Of a stretch of 64,000 bases of DNA, positions 58,001 to 64,000 are shown one piece after another (the first letter of the stretch is position 1; each line of letters opens with the position of its first letter). The translations under genes and the position numbers were made by a program. The notes below the pieces were generated by a model. It had not been told where the DNA came from, searched no databases, and saw only the letters and a program-made list of their open reading frames with translations. This DNA is from Candidatus Methylomirabilota bacterium (GTDB lineage Bacteria; Methylomirabilota; Methylomirabilia; Rokubacteriales; CSP1-6), in the NCBI GenBank assembly GCA_036002345.1, contig DASYTM010000010.1, forward strand, positions 18,978 to 82,977, in the 5' to 3' direction.

Positions 58001-59109
58001 TCGCGCTCGGGCTGCAGCGCGGCCACCACGTGCTCGAAGGGCAGGTCGTCGTTGGACAGCGCCTCCAGCGCCACGTCGCGCACGCGCTGCAGCAGCTCGA
58101 CGAACGTCGGATCGCCCGAGCAGTCCACGCGCAGCGCGAGCGGGTTGGCGAAGAAGCCGAGGAGCCGGCCGACCTCCGGCCGCTTGCGGCCGGCGCTCAC
58201 CGAGCCCACCACGAGGTCGTCCTTGCCGGTGTAGCGGTGCACGAGGACCAGGTACGCGGCGAAGAGCGTCATGTAGAGGGTCACGCGCCGCCGGGCGCTC
58301 AGCGCCGCCAGCGCGGGGCCGAGGGCGGCCGGCAGCGCGAACGGATGCATCGCGCCGCGGTAGGAGAGCGCGGGCGGGCGCGGCCGATCGCCCGGCAGCT
58401 CCACGACCGGCACGTCGGCCAGGCGCTTGGCCCAGTACTCGAGCTGACCGGCGTAGGCCCCGCGCTCGACCTCGGCCCGCTGCCAGGCGGCCCAGTCGGC
58501 GTACTGCAGGGGAAGCTCCGGCAATGCGGCGCGCGCGCCCGCGAGCGCCGCCGCGTAGAGCGCCGCCAGCTCGGGCACCACGACCTGGTAGAGCGAGTAG
58601 CCGTCGAAGATCGCGTGGTGCAGCGTCAGGTAGAGCCGCGAGTCGTCGTCGGCCAGCCGCGCCAGCCGCGCGCGCAGCAGCGGGCCGCGCGCGACGTCGA
58701 AGGGCCGCCGCGCGTCCTCGGTGGCCCGGCGCACGGCCTCCGCTTCCCGCTCCGCGGCCGGCAGCCCGCGCAGATCGGCGAACGGCACGTCCACGACGCT
58801 CGAGGGCAGGACACGCTGCACGGGGCGGCCGTCCTGGGTGGGGAACACCGTGCGCCACGCCTCGTGGCGGGCGACGAGGTCAGAGAGCGCGCGGGCGAGG
58901 GCGGCCGGCTCCAGCGCGCCGCGATAGCGGATGGTGACGGGCTCGTTGTAGAGCGGCACGTCGGGAGCGAGCTGCGCGTGCAGCCAGATCTGCTGCTGGG
59001 CGAAGGAGGGCGGCTCGCCGTCCCGCGCCGCGTCGCGGCGGGGCTGACCGGCGATGGGCCGCTCGACGCGCGCGCGCTCGGCGACGCGCGCGCCCGACGC
59101 CGGGACCAC
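55069..59109 (-). CDS. Nonribosomal peptide synthetase termination module: C-A-T-TE (thioesterase with Cys nucleophile, GYCNGG)
   Basis: C domain (HHAIFDGYS). A domain core motifs (YTSGSTGRPKGV, NGYGPTE, YRTGDLARW, GRLDTQVKVRG). T domain (FFDLGGHSL). TE (PLFFFHGDLNGAG...GGYCNGG). GTG start overlaps the P450 stop (TAGTG). Confidence 0.9.
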   Translation of the reverse strand: MVPASGARVAERARVERPIAGQPRRDAARDGEPPSFAQQQIWLHAQLAPDVPLYNEPVTIRYRGALEPAALARALSDLVARHEAWRTVFPTQDGRPVQRVLPSSVVDVPFADLRGLPAAEREAEAVRRATEDARRPFDVARGPLLRARLARLADDDSRLYLTLHHAIFDGYSLYQVVVPELAALYAAALAGARAALPELPLQYADWAAWQRAEVERGAYAGQLEYWAKRLADVPVVELPGDRPRPPALSYRGAMHPFALPAALGPALAALSARRRVTLYMTLFAAYLVLVHRYTGKDDLVVGSVSAGRKRPEVGRLLGFFANPLALRVDCSGDPTFVELLQRVRDVALEALSNDDLPFEHVVAALQPERDAARHPFFQTVMSLEAPMARLPEGWDLSHLDVDTRTTKFDLYLEMNARPDGLGGRFTYATDLWRADTIARMAGHYANLLAAVAADPARPLSALPMLDDAERRRVLVDWARARDAYPDPATVHGVFEAQAARTPDAVALTDDATRLTYAEVDARASALARRLAALGVGRDVSVGVHSERSPAMVTALLGVLKAGGAYLPLDPAHPADRLALMAEDAGCRVLVADRNAPRVDFRGVVHTVWLDEVEAGARAPGAAVDPDALAYVMYTSGSTGRPKGVAVPHRAILRLVFGQSYVRFAEDETFLHLSAIAFDAATFDVWGALLHGGRCAVLTGGVPTPRAVREAVRAHGVTAMFLTAAFFNALIDDAPDALAGVRQIVVGGEALSVAHVARGQALLPGARFVNGYGPTEATTFSVCHVVPRPLEPDTVSIPIGRPIAGTETYLLDRHHEPVPVGVPGELHIGGAGLARGYLNRPDLTAERFVAHPFDATPGARLYRTGDLARWRPDGTIEYVGRLDTQVKVRGVRVEPGEVEAVLATHPAVREVAVIAAVGDRPNDVRLIAYVVPAAGEVPTPAALRDFVKRRLPAAFVPAAFVTLETLPLGPTGKLDRRALPAPEPARDGRALVRARGPLQWQLAEVWRELLGVTEVGATDDFFDLGGHSLLAVRMLQRVHDLYGTSLPLAVLYTSPTIEALSEALLASEPAEFQAPLVRLRAGGARPPLFFFHGDLNGAGFYTLTLARHLGADRAFWVIHPLGLHGRPVPTTIEAMARAHVEQVVAAHPEGPLVLGGYCNGGLVAYETARLLTAAGRQVERLVLIATDADTRFHVLRRPIAAAARALGLGPEGALEQFGRVRLFADRLRGLDARGRAAFVTRATARLSRQLARRLRRTLPLPAPAAPPAPPLFERYYDACLGYLPGPWPGHVVVFWPEAEEPARAGDPTFGWGSLVARVETVRVPGDHDEIVTRHIERVATALEARLE

Positions 59110-60356
59110 TATCCCGCGCTCCCCAGCACGATGGGCAGCGCCTCCAGGCCGCGCAGGCCGAGGTTCTGCCGCCACACGAGCGGGCCGGGCGCGAGCTCGA
59201 TCCGCGGGAAGCGCCGCACGAGAGCCTCGAAGGCGACCTGGCCCTCGATGCGGGCCAGCGGCGCGCCGAAGCAGAAGTGGGCGCCCCAGCCGAACGAGAG
59301 GTGGCGGTTGTCGGCGCGGCCGAGGTCGAGCCGATCGGGCTCGGGGAAGCGCTCGGGGTCGCGGTTGCCCGCGGCCATGACGGCGATCACGGCCTGACGC
59401 TTCTTGATGCGCTTGCCGCCCATCTCGAGGTCCTCCGGCGCCATGCGCGCCGTGTGCTGGCTCGGCGGCTCGTAGCGCAGGAGCTCCTCGACGGCGCTCG
59501 GGATCAGCGAGAGATCGGCGCGCAGCCGGGCCAGCTCGTCGGGGTGGCGCAGCAGCGAGAGGACGCCGTTGCCGATCAGGTTCGTCGTCGTCTCCTGGCC
59601 GCCGACCATGGTGATGATGCAGTTGGCGACGACTTCTTCCTCGGTGAGGCGGTCGCCGTCGATCTCCGCGGTCAGGAGCGCGTTGATGAGGCCCTCGCGC
59701 GGCTGCTTCTTCTGCTCGCGGATCCGCTCGCGGAAGTACTCGGCCATGCCCTCGGTCGCACGCAGCATCCGGGCGGCGTGGTCGGGGTTGTGCTGGAAGT
59801 TGCCGAGCACCTGGGCGAAGTCCGCGGACCAGTTCTTGAGCTGGTCGTGGTCCTCGGTGGGCACGCCGAGCATCTCGGCGGTGACGATGGCGGGCAGGGG
59901 CGCGCCGAGGTCGGCGATGACGTCCATGCCCCCGCGCTCGGCGGCGGCGTCGAGGAGGCGGTTGGTGATGTCCTTGATGTGCTCGCGCAGGATGGCCACG
60001 CGGCGGGGCGTGAAGGCGTGGGCGGACAGCCCGCGCAGCCGCGTGTGCGCGGGCGCGTCGAGGAACAGCATCTGCTTGACCATCACGCGCGCGATCGGCG
60101 TGAGCGTCGGGAGGCCCAGGGCGGCGAGCTGCTCGGGCGAGGGGGTGCGATCCGCCGAGAACTTGAAGAGCACGGTGACGACGTCGGCGTAGCGCGTGAC
60201 GACCCACGCGTGCAGGAACGGATCCCAGTGGACGGGATCCTCGGTGCGCAGCCGCTGGAAGAGCGGGTACGGGTTCGCCAGCACCGCGGGGTCGAGCAGC
60301 CGGTACAGGCTCAGCGTACGGTCGGTCGCGGGGGCGGCGGCCGTGGCGGGCGTCAT
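59109..60356 (-). CDS. Cytochrome P450 monooxygenase
   Basis: Haem-binding FGWGAHFCFGAPLAR, EELLRY (K-helix ExxR), I-helix MVGGQETT. ATGA coupling to the upstream A-T gene. Confidence 0.9.
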   Translation of the reverse strand: MTPATAAAPATDRTLSLYRLLDPAVLANPYPLFQRLRTEDPVHWDPFLHAWVVTRYADVVTVLFKFSADRTPSPEQLAALGLPTLTPIARVMVKQMLFLDAPAHTRLRGLSAHAFTPRRVAILREHIKDITNRLLDAAAERGGMDVIADLGAPLPAIVTAEMLGVPTEDHDQLKNWSADFAQVLGNFQHNPDHAARMLRATEGMAEYFRERIREQKKQPREGLINALLTAEIDGDRLTEEEVVANCIITMVGGQETTTNLIGNGVLSLLRHPDELARLRADLSLIPSAVEELLRYEPPSQHTARMAPEDLEMGGKRIKKRQAVIAVMAAGNRDPERFPEPDRLDLGRADNRHLSFGWGAHFCFGAPLARIEGQVAFEALVRRFPRIELAPGPLVWRQNLGLRGLEALPIVLGSAG

Positions 60357-62110
60357 GCGGCGGCTCCCAGACGCGCGCGCTCGATCTCGTTCGCCAGGTC
60401 GGCGACGGTCGGCGCGTCGAAGAGCGTGCGCAGCGGCAGGTCCACGCCGAAGACGTCGCGCACGCGCACGATGAGCTGGGTGCCGAGCAGCGAGTGACCG
60501 CCGAGCAGGAAGAAGTTGTCGCTCACGCTGACCTCCTCCACGCCGAGCAGCGTCGAGAGGATCGCCGCCAGCTCCACCTCGACCTCGGTGCGCGGCGCCA
60601 CCACCGGGCCGTCGCGCAGCGTGTTGCCCGCGTCGGGGGCGGGCAGGGCCGCGCGGTCCACCTTGCCGTTGGTCGTGAGCGGCAGGGCCGGCAGCACGAC
60701 GAACGTCGCCGGCACCATGTACTCGGGCAGGCTGCGCGAGAGCGCGCTCGTCAGCGCCTCGCGACCGAGGGGCACGCCGTCGGCCACGACGTAGGCGACC
60801 AGCCGGCGCTCGCCGGCCTCGTCCTCGCGGGCGACCACGGCGCAGGCCGCGACGCCGAGCACGGCGCCCAGGGCCGCCGTGATCTCGTCGGGCTCCACGC
60901 GATAGCCGCGGATCTTGACCTGGTCGTCCACGCGGCCGAGGAAGGCCACGCGCCCGTCGGCCAGGAGGCGCGCGCGGTCGCCGGTGCGGTAGAGGCGCGC
61001 GCCGGGCTCGTCGGGATGCGGCACGAAGCGCTCGGCGGTGAGGTCGGGCCGCCCGCGGTAGCCGCGCGCCAGCCCCGCGCCCGCGATATAGAGCTCGCCG
61101 GCGGCGCCCATCGGCACGGCGCGCAGCGCCTCGTCGAGCACCAGCACGTCCATGTTGTCGATCGGACGGCCGATCGTGGGCAGCGTCTCGCCGAAGGGCT
61201 CGGCCTCGACGGGCCCCGAGGTCGTGACCACGGCGCACTCGGTGGGGCCGTAGTTGTTGATCAGCGTGAACGGCAGCGACTCCGGCGGATAGCGGTGCAG
61301 CGTGTCGGCGCCGGTGAGGAGCGTGCGGAGCGCCGTCCACGCCGGCCAGGACAGGCCGATCAACCGCTCGGCGACCGGGGTGGGCACGAAGCCGATCGTG
61401 ATCCGCTCGGCGACGAGCCAGTCGCGCAGCGCCTCGGGATCCGTGCGGATCTCGTCCGGCGGCAGGTGCACGCTCGCGCCCGACGCGAGGTACGGCCAGA
61501 TCTCCCAGACGGCGGCGTCGAAGGCGGGGCTCGCGTAGAGCGGGGCGCGGTCGTCGGCGGTCACGCCGAAGGCGCGGCGATGCCACGCGACGAGGTTGCC
61601 CAGGCCCGCGTGGGTGATCTCGACGCCCTTGGGCCGGCCCGTCGAGCCCGAGGTGTAGATCACGTAGGCCAGGTGCCCGGCCTTCACGACGTCCGGCCGG
61701 GCGCCGACGCGCCCGGCGCCGAGCGTCGCCTCGTGGATGTCCAGCCGCGGCCACGCCCTGAACGGCAGGCGCGCGGCGAGCCGGGACTCGGTGACGAGGA
61801 CGCGCGGCGCGGCGTCCTCGAGCATGAAGGCCAGCCGGTCCGGCGGCACCCCGGGGTCGAGGGGCAGGTACGCCGCCCCGGCCTGAAGCACGCCGAGGGC
61901 GGCGACGACGAAGGCGGCCGAGCGGTCGAGGCAGACGGCCACGACGGCATCGGGGCCGACGTCGAAGCCCTGCAGGGCGGCCGCCAGGCGCGCGGCCCGG
62001 CGATCCAGCTCGCGGTAGGTCAGGGTCTCTGTGGAGTCGGCGACGGCAAGGGCGTCGGGGGACACGGCGGCCTGGGCGGCCACCGTCTGGGGGACGAGGT
62101 CGCAAATCAT
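60353..62110 (-). CDS. NRPS initiation (loading) module A-T; hand-derived specificity code DAWFLGNVVK (Leu-type)
   Basis: YTSGSTGRPKGV, NNYGPTE, YRTGDRARL, GRVDDQVKIRG, FFLLGGHSL. No C domain. Preceded by a 136-bp lower-GC promoter region. Confidence 0.9.
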   Translation of the reverse strand: MICDLVPQTVAAQAAVSPDALAVADSTETLTYRELDRRAARLAAALQGFDVGPDAVVAVCLDRSAAFVVAALGVLQAGAAYLPLDPGVPPDRLAFMLEDAAPRVLVTESRLAARLPFRAWPRLDIHEATLGAGRVGARPDVVKAGHLAYVIYTSGSTGRPKGVEITHAGLGNLVAWHRRAFGVTADDRAPLYASPAFDAAVWEIWPYLASGASVHLPPDEIRTDPEALRDWLVAERITIGFVPTPVAERLIGLSWPAWTALRTLLTGADTLHRYPPESLPFTLINNYGPTECAVVTTSGPVEAEPFGETLPTIGRPIDNMDVLVLDEALRAVPMGAAGELYIAGAGLARGYRGRPDLTAERFVPHPDEPGARLYRTGDRARLLADGRVAFLGRVDDQVKIRGYRVEPDEITAALGAVLGVAACAVVAREDEAGERRLVAYVVADGVPLGREALTSALSRSLPEYMVPATFVVLPALPLTTNGKVDRAALPAPDAGNTLRDGPVVAPRTEVEVELAAILSTLLGVEEVSVSDNFFLLGGHSLLGTQLIVRVRDVFGVDLPLRTLFDAPTVADLANEIERARLGAAA

Positions 62111-62246
62111 GGTGTTGCGTTGTACAAGCCCGGTGCCAGACCCAAACGTGGGCGAACGGTCGGAAAAGGGCCGGGAACGACTGTGAAAACAGGCAAGTGG
62201 CCCACTCGGAAGGGGGACGCTGATGCGGCATCTGGTGCAATGCGTT

Positions 62247-63638
62247 TCACATGGCGACGGGCGCTCCCACCACACCGTCGGCTTCGAGCCGGGCGGCCAC
62301 CCGGAACAGCGCGGCCTCGTTCCACGGCGCCGCGACGAGCTGGACCCCGTGCGGCAGGGCGCCGGGCGTGACGATCGGCACCGAGAGCACGGGCAGGCCG
62401 ATGAAGGACAGCGGCTGCGTGAAGACCCCCAGGTGTCCGCGCGTGACGACCTCCGCGTCACCGATTCGCGTCGTCCACGGCGCGCCGATGGCGGGCGCCT
62501 CCCACGGGGTCGTCGGCGCGAGCAGGACGTCCACGTCCCGGAAGACCTCGGCGACGCGGCCGCGGAACCAGGCCCGGTAGCGCTGGGCGCGCAGGTAGGC
62601 CCCGGCGGGGAGGAGCGCGGCCGCCAGGAGACGGTCGCGGGTCATCGGGTCGAAGTCGGCGGCGCGCGCGCGCAGGCGCTCGTGATGGTAGGCGCTGCCC
62701 TCGGCCGCCGTGATGACCTGCGCCGCCGCGCGGGCGCGATGGGGCTCGGGCAGGGTCACCTCCCGGCGGGCGCCGAGCGCCGTCGCCACGCGCGCCACGG
62801 CGGCCAGCGCCGCGTCGGTGGCGAGCCGGCCGAAGTGGCCGCCGGCGATCGCGATGCGGAGGCCCTCGAGGCTGCCGCCGAGCTCGGCCGAGCACGTAGC
62901 GGCCGGGCGCGTCGAGCAGGCCGGATCGAGCGCGTCGGGCCCGGCGATCGCGTCGAACGCCGCGGCGAGGTCGGCCACGTCGCGCGCGAACGGGCCGACG
63001 TGGTCGAAGGACCACGCGAGCGGCACGACGCCCGCGCGCGAGACGCGGCCGAACGTGGGCTTGAGCCCGAACACGCCGCAGAGCGCGGCGGGCACGCGGA
63101 TCGAGCCGTTGGTGTCGGTGCCGAGCGTGAGCGGCACGAGTCCCGCGGCCACCGCCGCCGCGGGGCCGCCCGAGGAGCCGCCGGCCACCCGCGACGGGTC
63201 ACGCGGGTTGCGCGTGGGGCCGTAGTGGGTGTTCTCCGTCGTGAAGCCGTAGGCGTACTCGTCCATGTTCAGCGCGCCGACGAGCACGGCGCCGGCGGCG
63301 CGCAGGCGCGCGACCGCGCTGGCATCGCGCGCCGCGGGCGGGTCGCCGGCGTTGATCTTCGAGCCGGCGAGCGTGACGAGGCCGGCGACGTCGAAGAGGT
63401 TCTTGACCGCCACCGGCACGCCGGCGAGCGGGCCGGGGTTCTGGCCGGCGGCGACGCGCCGGTCGATCGCCGCCGCGTCGGCCTGCGCACGCTCGCTCAG
63501 CACGCTCGTGAACGCGTTGATCCCCGCGTCGCGCCGGGCGATGCGCTCGAGGGCGGCGGCGACGACGTCGCGGCAGGACACCTTGCCGTCGCGCACGGCC
63601 GCGGCGATGGCGAGGGCGGAGGTCCCGGCGTCGATCAT
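62247..63638 (-). CDS. Amidase-signature family amidase (AtzE/GatA-like)
   Basis: GVPVAVKNLFDVAG, catalytic GGSSGG...GTDTNGSIRVPAA. Confidence 0.85.
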   Translation of the reverse strand: MIDAGTSALAIAAAVRDGKVSCRDVVAAALERIARRDAGINAFTSVLSERAQADAAAIDRRVAAGQNPGPLAGVPVAVKNLFDVAGLVTLAGSKINAGDPPAARDASAVARLRAAGAVLVGALNMDEYAYGFTTENTHYGPTRNPRDPSRVAGGSSGGPAAAVAAGLVPLTLGTDTNGSIRVPAALCGVFGLKPTFGRVSRAGVVPLAWSFDHVGPFARDVADLAAAFDAIAGPDALDPACSTRPAATCSAELGGSLEGLRIAIAGGHFGRLATDAALAAVARVATALGARREVTLPEPHRARAAAQVITAAEGSAYHHERLRARAADFDPMTRDRLLAAALLPAGAYLRAQRYRAWFRGRVAEVFRDVDVLLAPTTPWEAPAIGAPWTTRIGDAEVVTRGHLGVFTQPLSFIGLPVLSVPIVTPGALPHGVQLVAAPWNEAALFRVAARLEADGVVGAPVAM

Positions 63639-63874
63639 GGCTCGAAGCGCGGCGCCGGCTCGGTCTGATCCGGCAGCGCGAACTCGTCCACGAGCCGTGC
63701 GGCGGCGAGCAGCGCGTTGAGGTGAACGACCACGGCGGCGCGCGAGGCGGGGGCGATCGGGAGCCCGACCTCCGCGGCGAGCCGCTCGACGTCGGTTTCG
63801 GTCAGCGGGATGTCCACGGGCGGAGTGATACCCGATGAAATTCGCCGGCGCAACTGCTCAGGCAGCGGGCACAC
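63635..63874 (-). CDS. Small GatC-like/DUF4089 protein encoded immediately upstream of, and overlapping, the amidase gene (AtzG-like partner)
   Basis: 79-aa ORF with ATGA overlap to the amidase. It resembles the small subunit that pairs with AtzE-type amidases. Family call is from memory. Confidence 0.4.
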   Translation of the reverse strand: MCPLPEQLRRRISSGITPPVDIPLTETDVERLAAEVGLPIAPASRAAVVVHLNALLAAARLVDEFALPDQTEPAPRFEP

Positions 63875-64000
63875 GCGCGTGTGATGCTCATCCGGCGAGC
63901 AGAGCCCGAATCGGCCGCACCGCCCGAAGTGCGCGCCGTTGTGGCGATGCGATGGAGCGCCGGGTGCGGCACACCCCTTGCTCCTTCGGCTCGTAGCCTG

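Noticed and set aside
52576-62371. Several long R/G/A-rich ORFs (52576-54756 +, 53072-54292 -, 55045-57468 +, 57478-59397 +, 59277-60497 +, 60494-62371 +, 62223-63668 +) overlapping gdhA and the NRPS/P450/amidase genes
   Set aside because: All lie antisense or out of frame to motif-rich genes and lack any recognisable domains.

Overview
Very high-GC (~70%+) bacterial chromosomal segment with about 58 supportable protein-coding genes, often joined by 1–4 nt stop/start overlaps (ATGA, GTGA, TAATG). I found no rRNA, tRNA, CRISPR array or clear transposon. The many long Arg/Ala/Gly-rich ORFs lying antisense to real genes are GC-bias artefacts.

Content from left to right:
- A chemotaxis-like methylation module: a CheB fragment, a CheR-PAS protein carrying a 42-nt tandem repeat that encodes (S/T)TNEEL heptads, a convergent hybrid histidine kinase, and a stand-alone CheB.
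- Central metabolism: transaldolase, uvrA, pyk, gdhA.
- A lipid-type trio on the minus strand: M28 peptidase, fatty-acyl-AMP ligase, LLM/F420-type oxidoreductase.
- A giant multi-GAF hybrid histidine kinase of about 2,470 aa.
- A sigma-54-type promoter upstream of a complete nitrate-assimilation operon: nrtA, nrtB, two ATPase genes, nasA, nirA, cobA, sirC.
- At the right end, a compact translationally coupled NRPS cluster: A-T loading module, cytochrome P450, C-A-T-TE module, Sfp-type PPTase, with an AtzE/AtzG-like amidase pair upstream.

Most notable observations:
1. Three separate genes each contain an in-frame TGA exactly at the first Cys of a thioredoxin-fold CxxC motif: a TlpA-like redoxin (W-U-P-F-C), a glutaredoxin-DinB fusion (G-U-S-S-C), and an AhpF-N/PDO-like protein (T-U-P-H-C). 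Each TGA is followed 7–17 nt downstream by a strong hairpin, consistent with bacterial SECIS elements, so these look like selenoproteins that simple ORF calling splits in two. They sit next to DinB-family and PIG-L deacetylase genes, suggesting a low-molecular-weight-thiol redox system.
2. The NRPS termination module has a thioesterase whose nucleophile motif reads GYCNGG (Cys instead of Ser). A P450 is inserted between the two NRPS genes, and my hand-derived Stachelhaus code for the first A domain is DAWFLGNVVK (Leu).

Other points: two probable frameshifted or deleted genes (a VIT1 iron transporter and a SAM methyltransferase), two leaderless genes with TATAAT immediately upstream of ATG, an 18-bp perfect-palindrome terminator, a KAS-III protein with an unrecognised ~290-aa N-terminal domain, and a DUF222/HNH gene beside lower-GC DNA.
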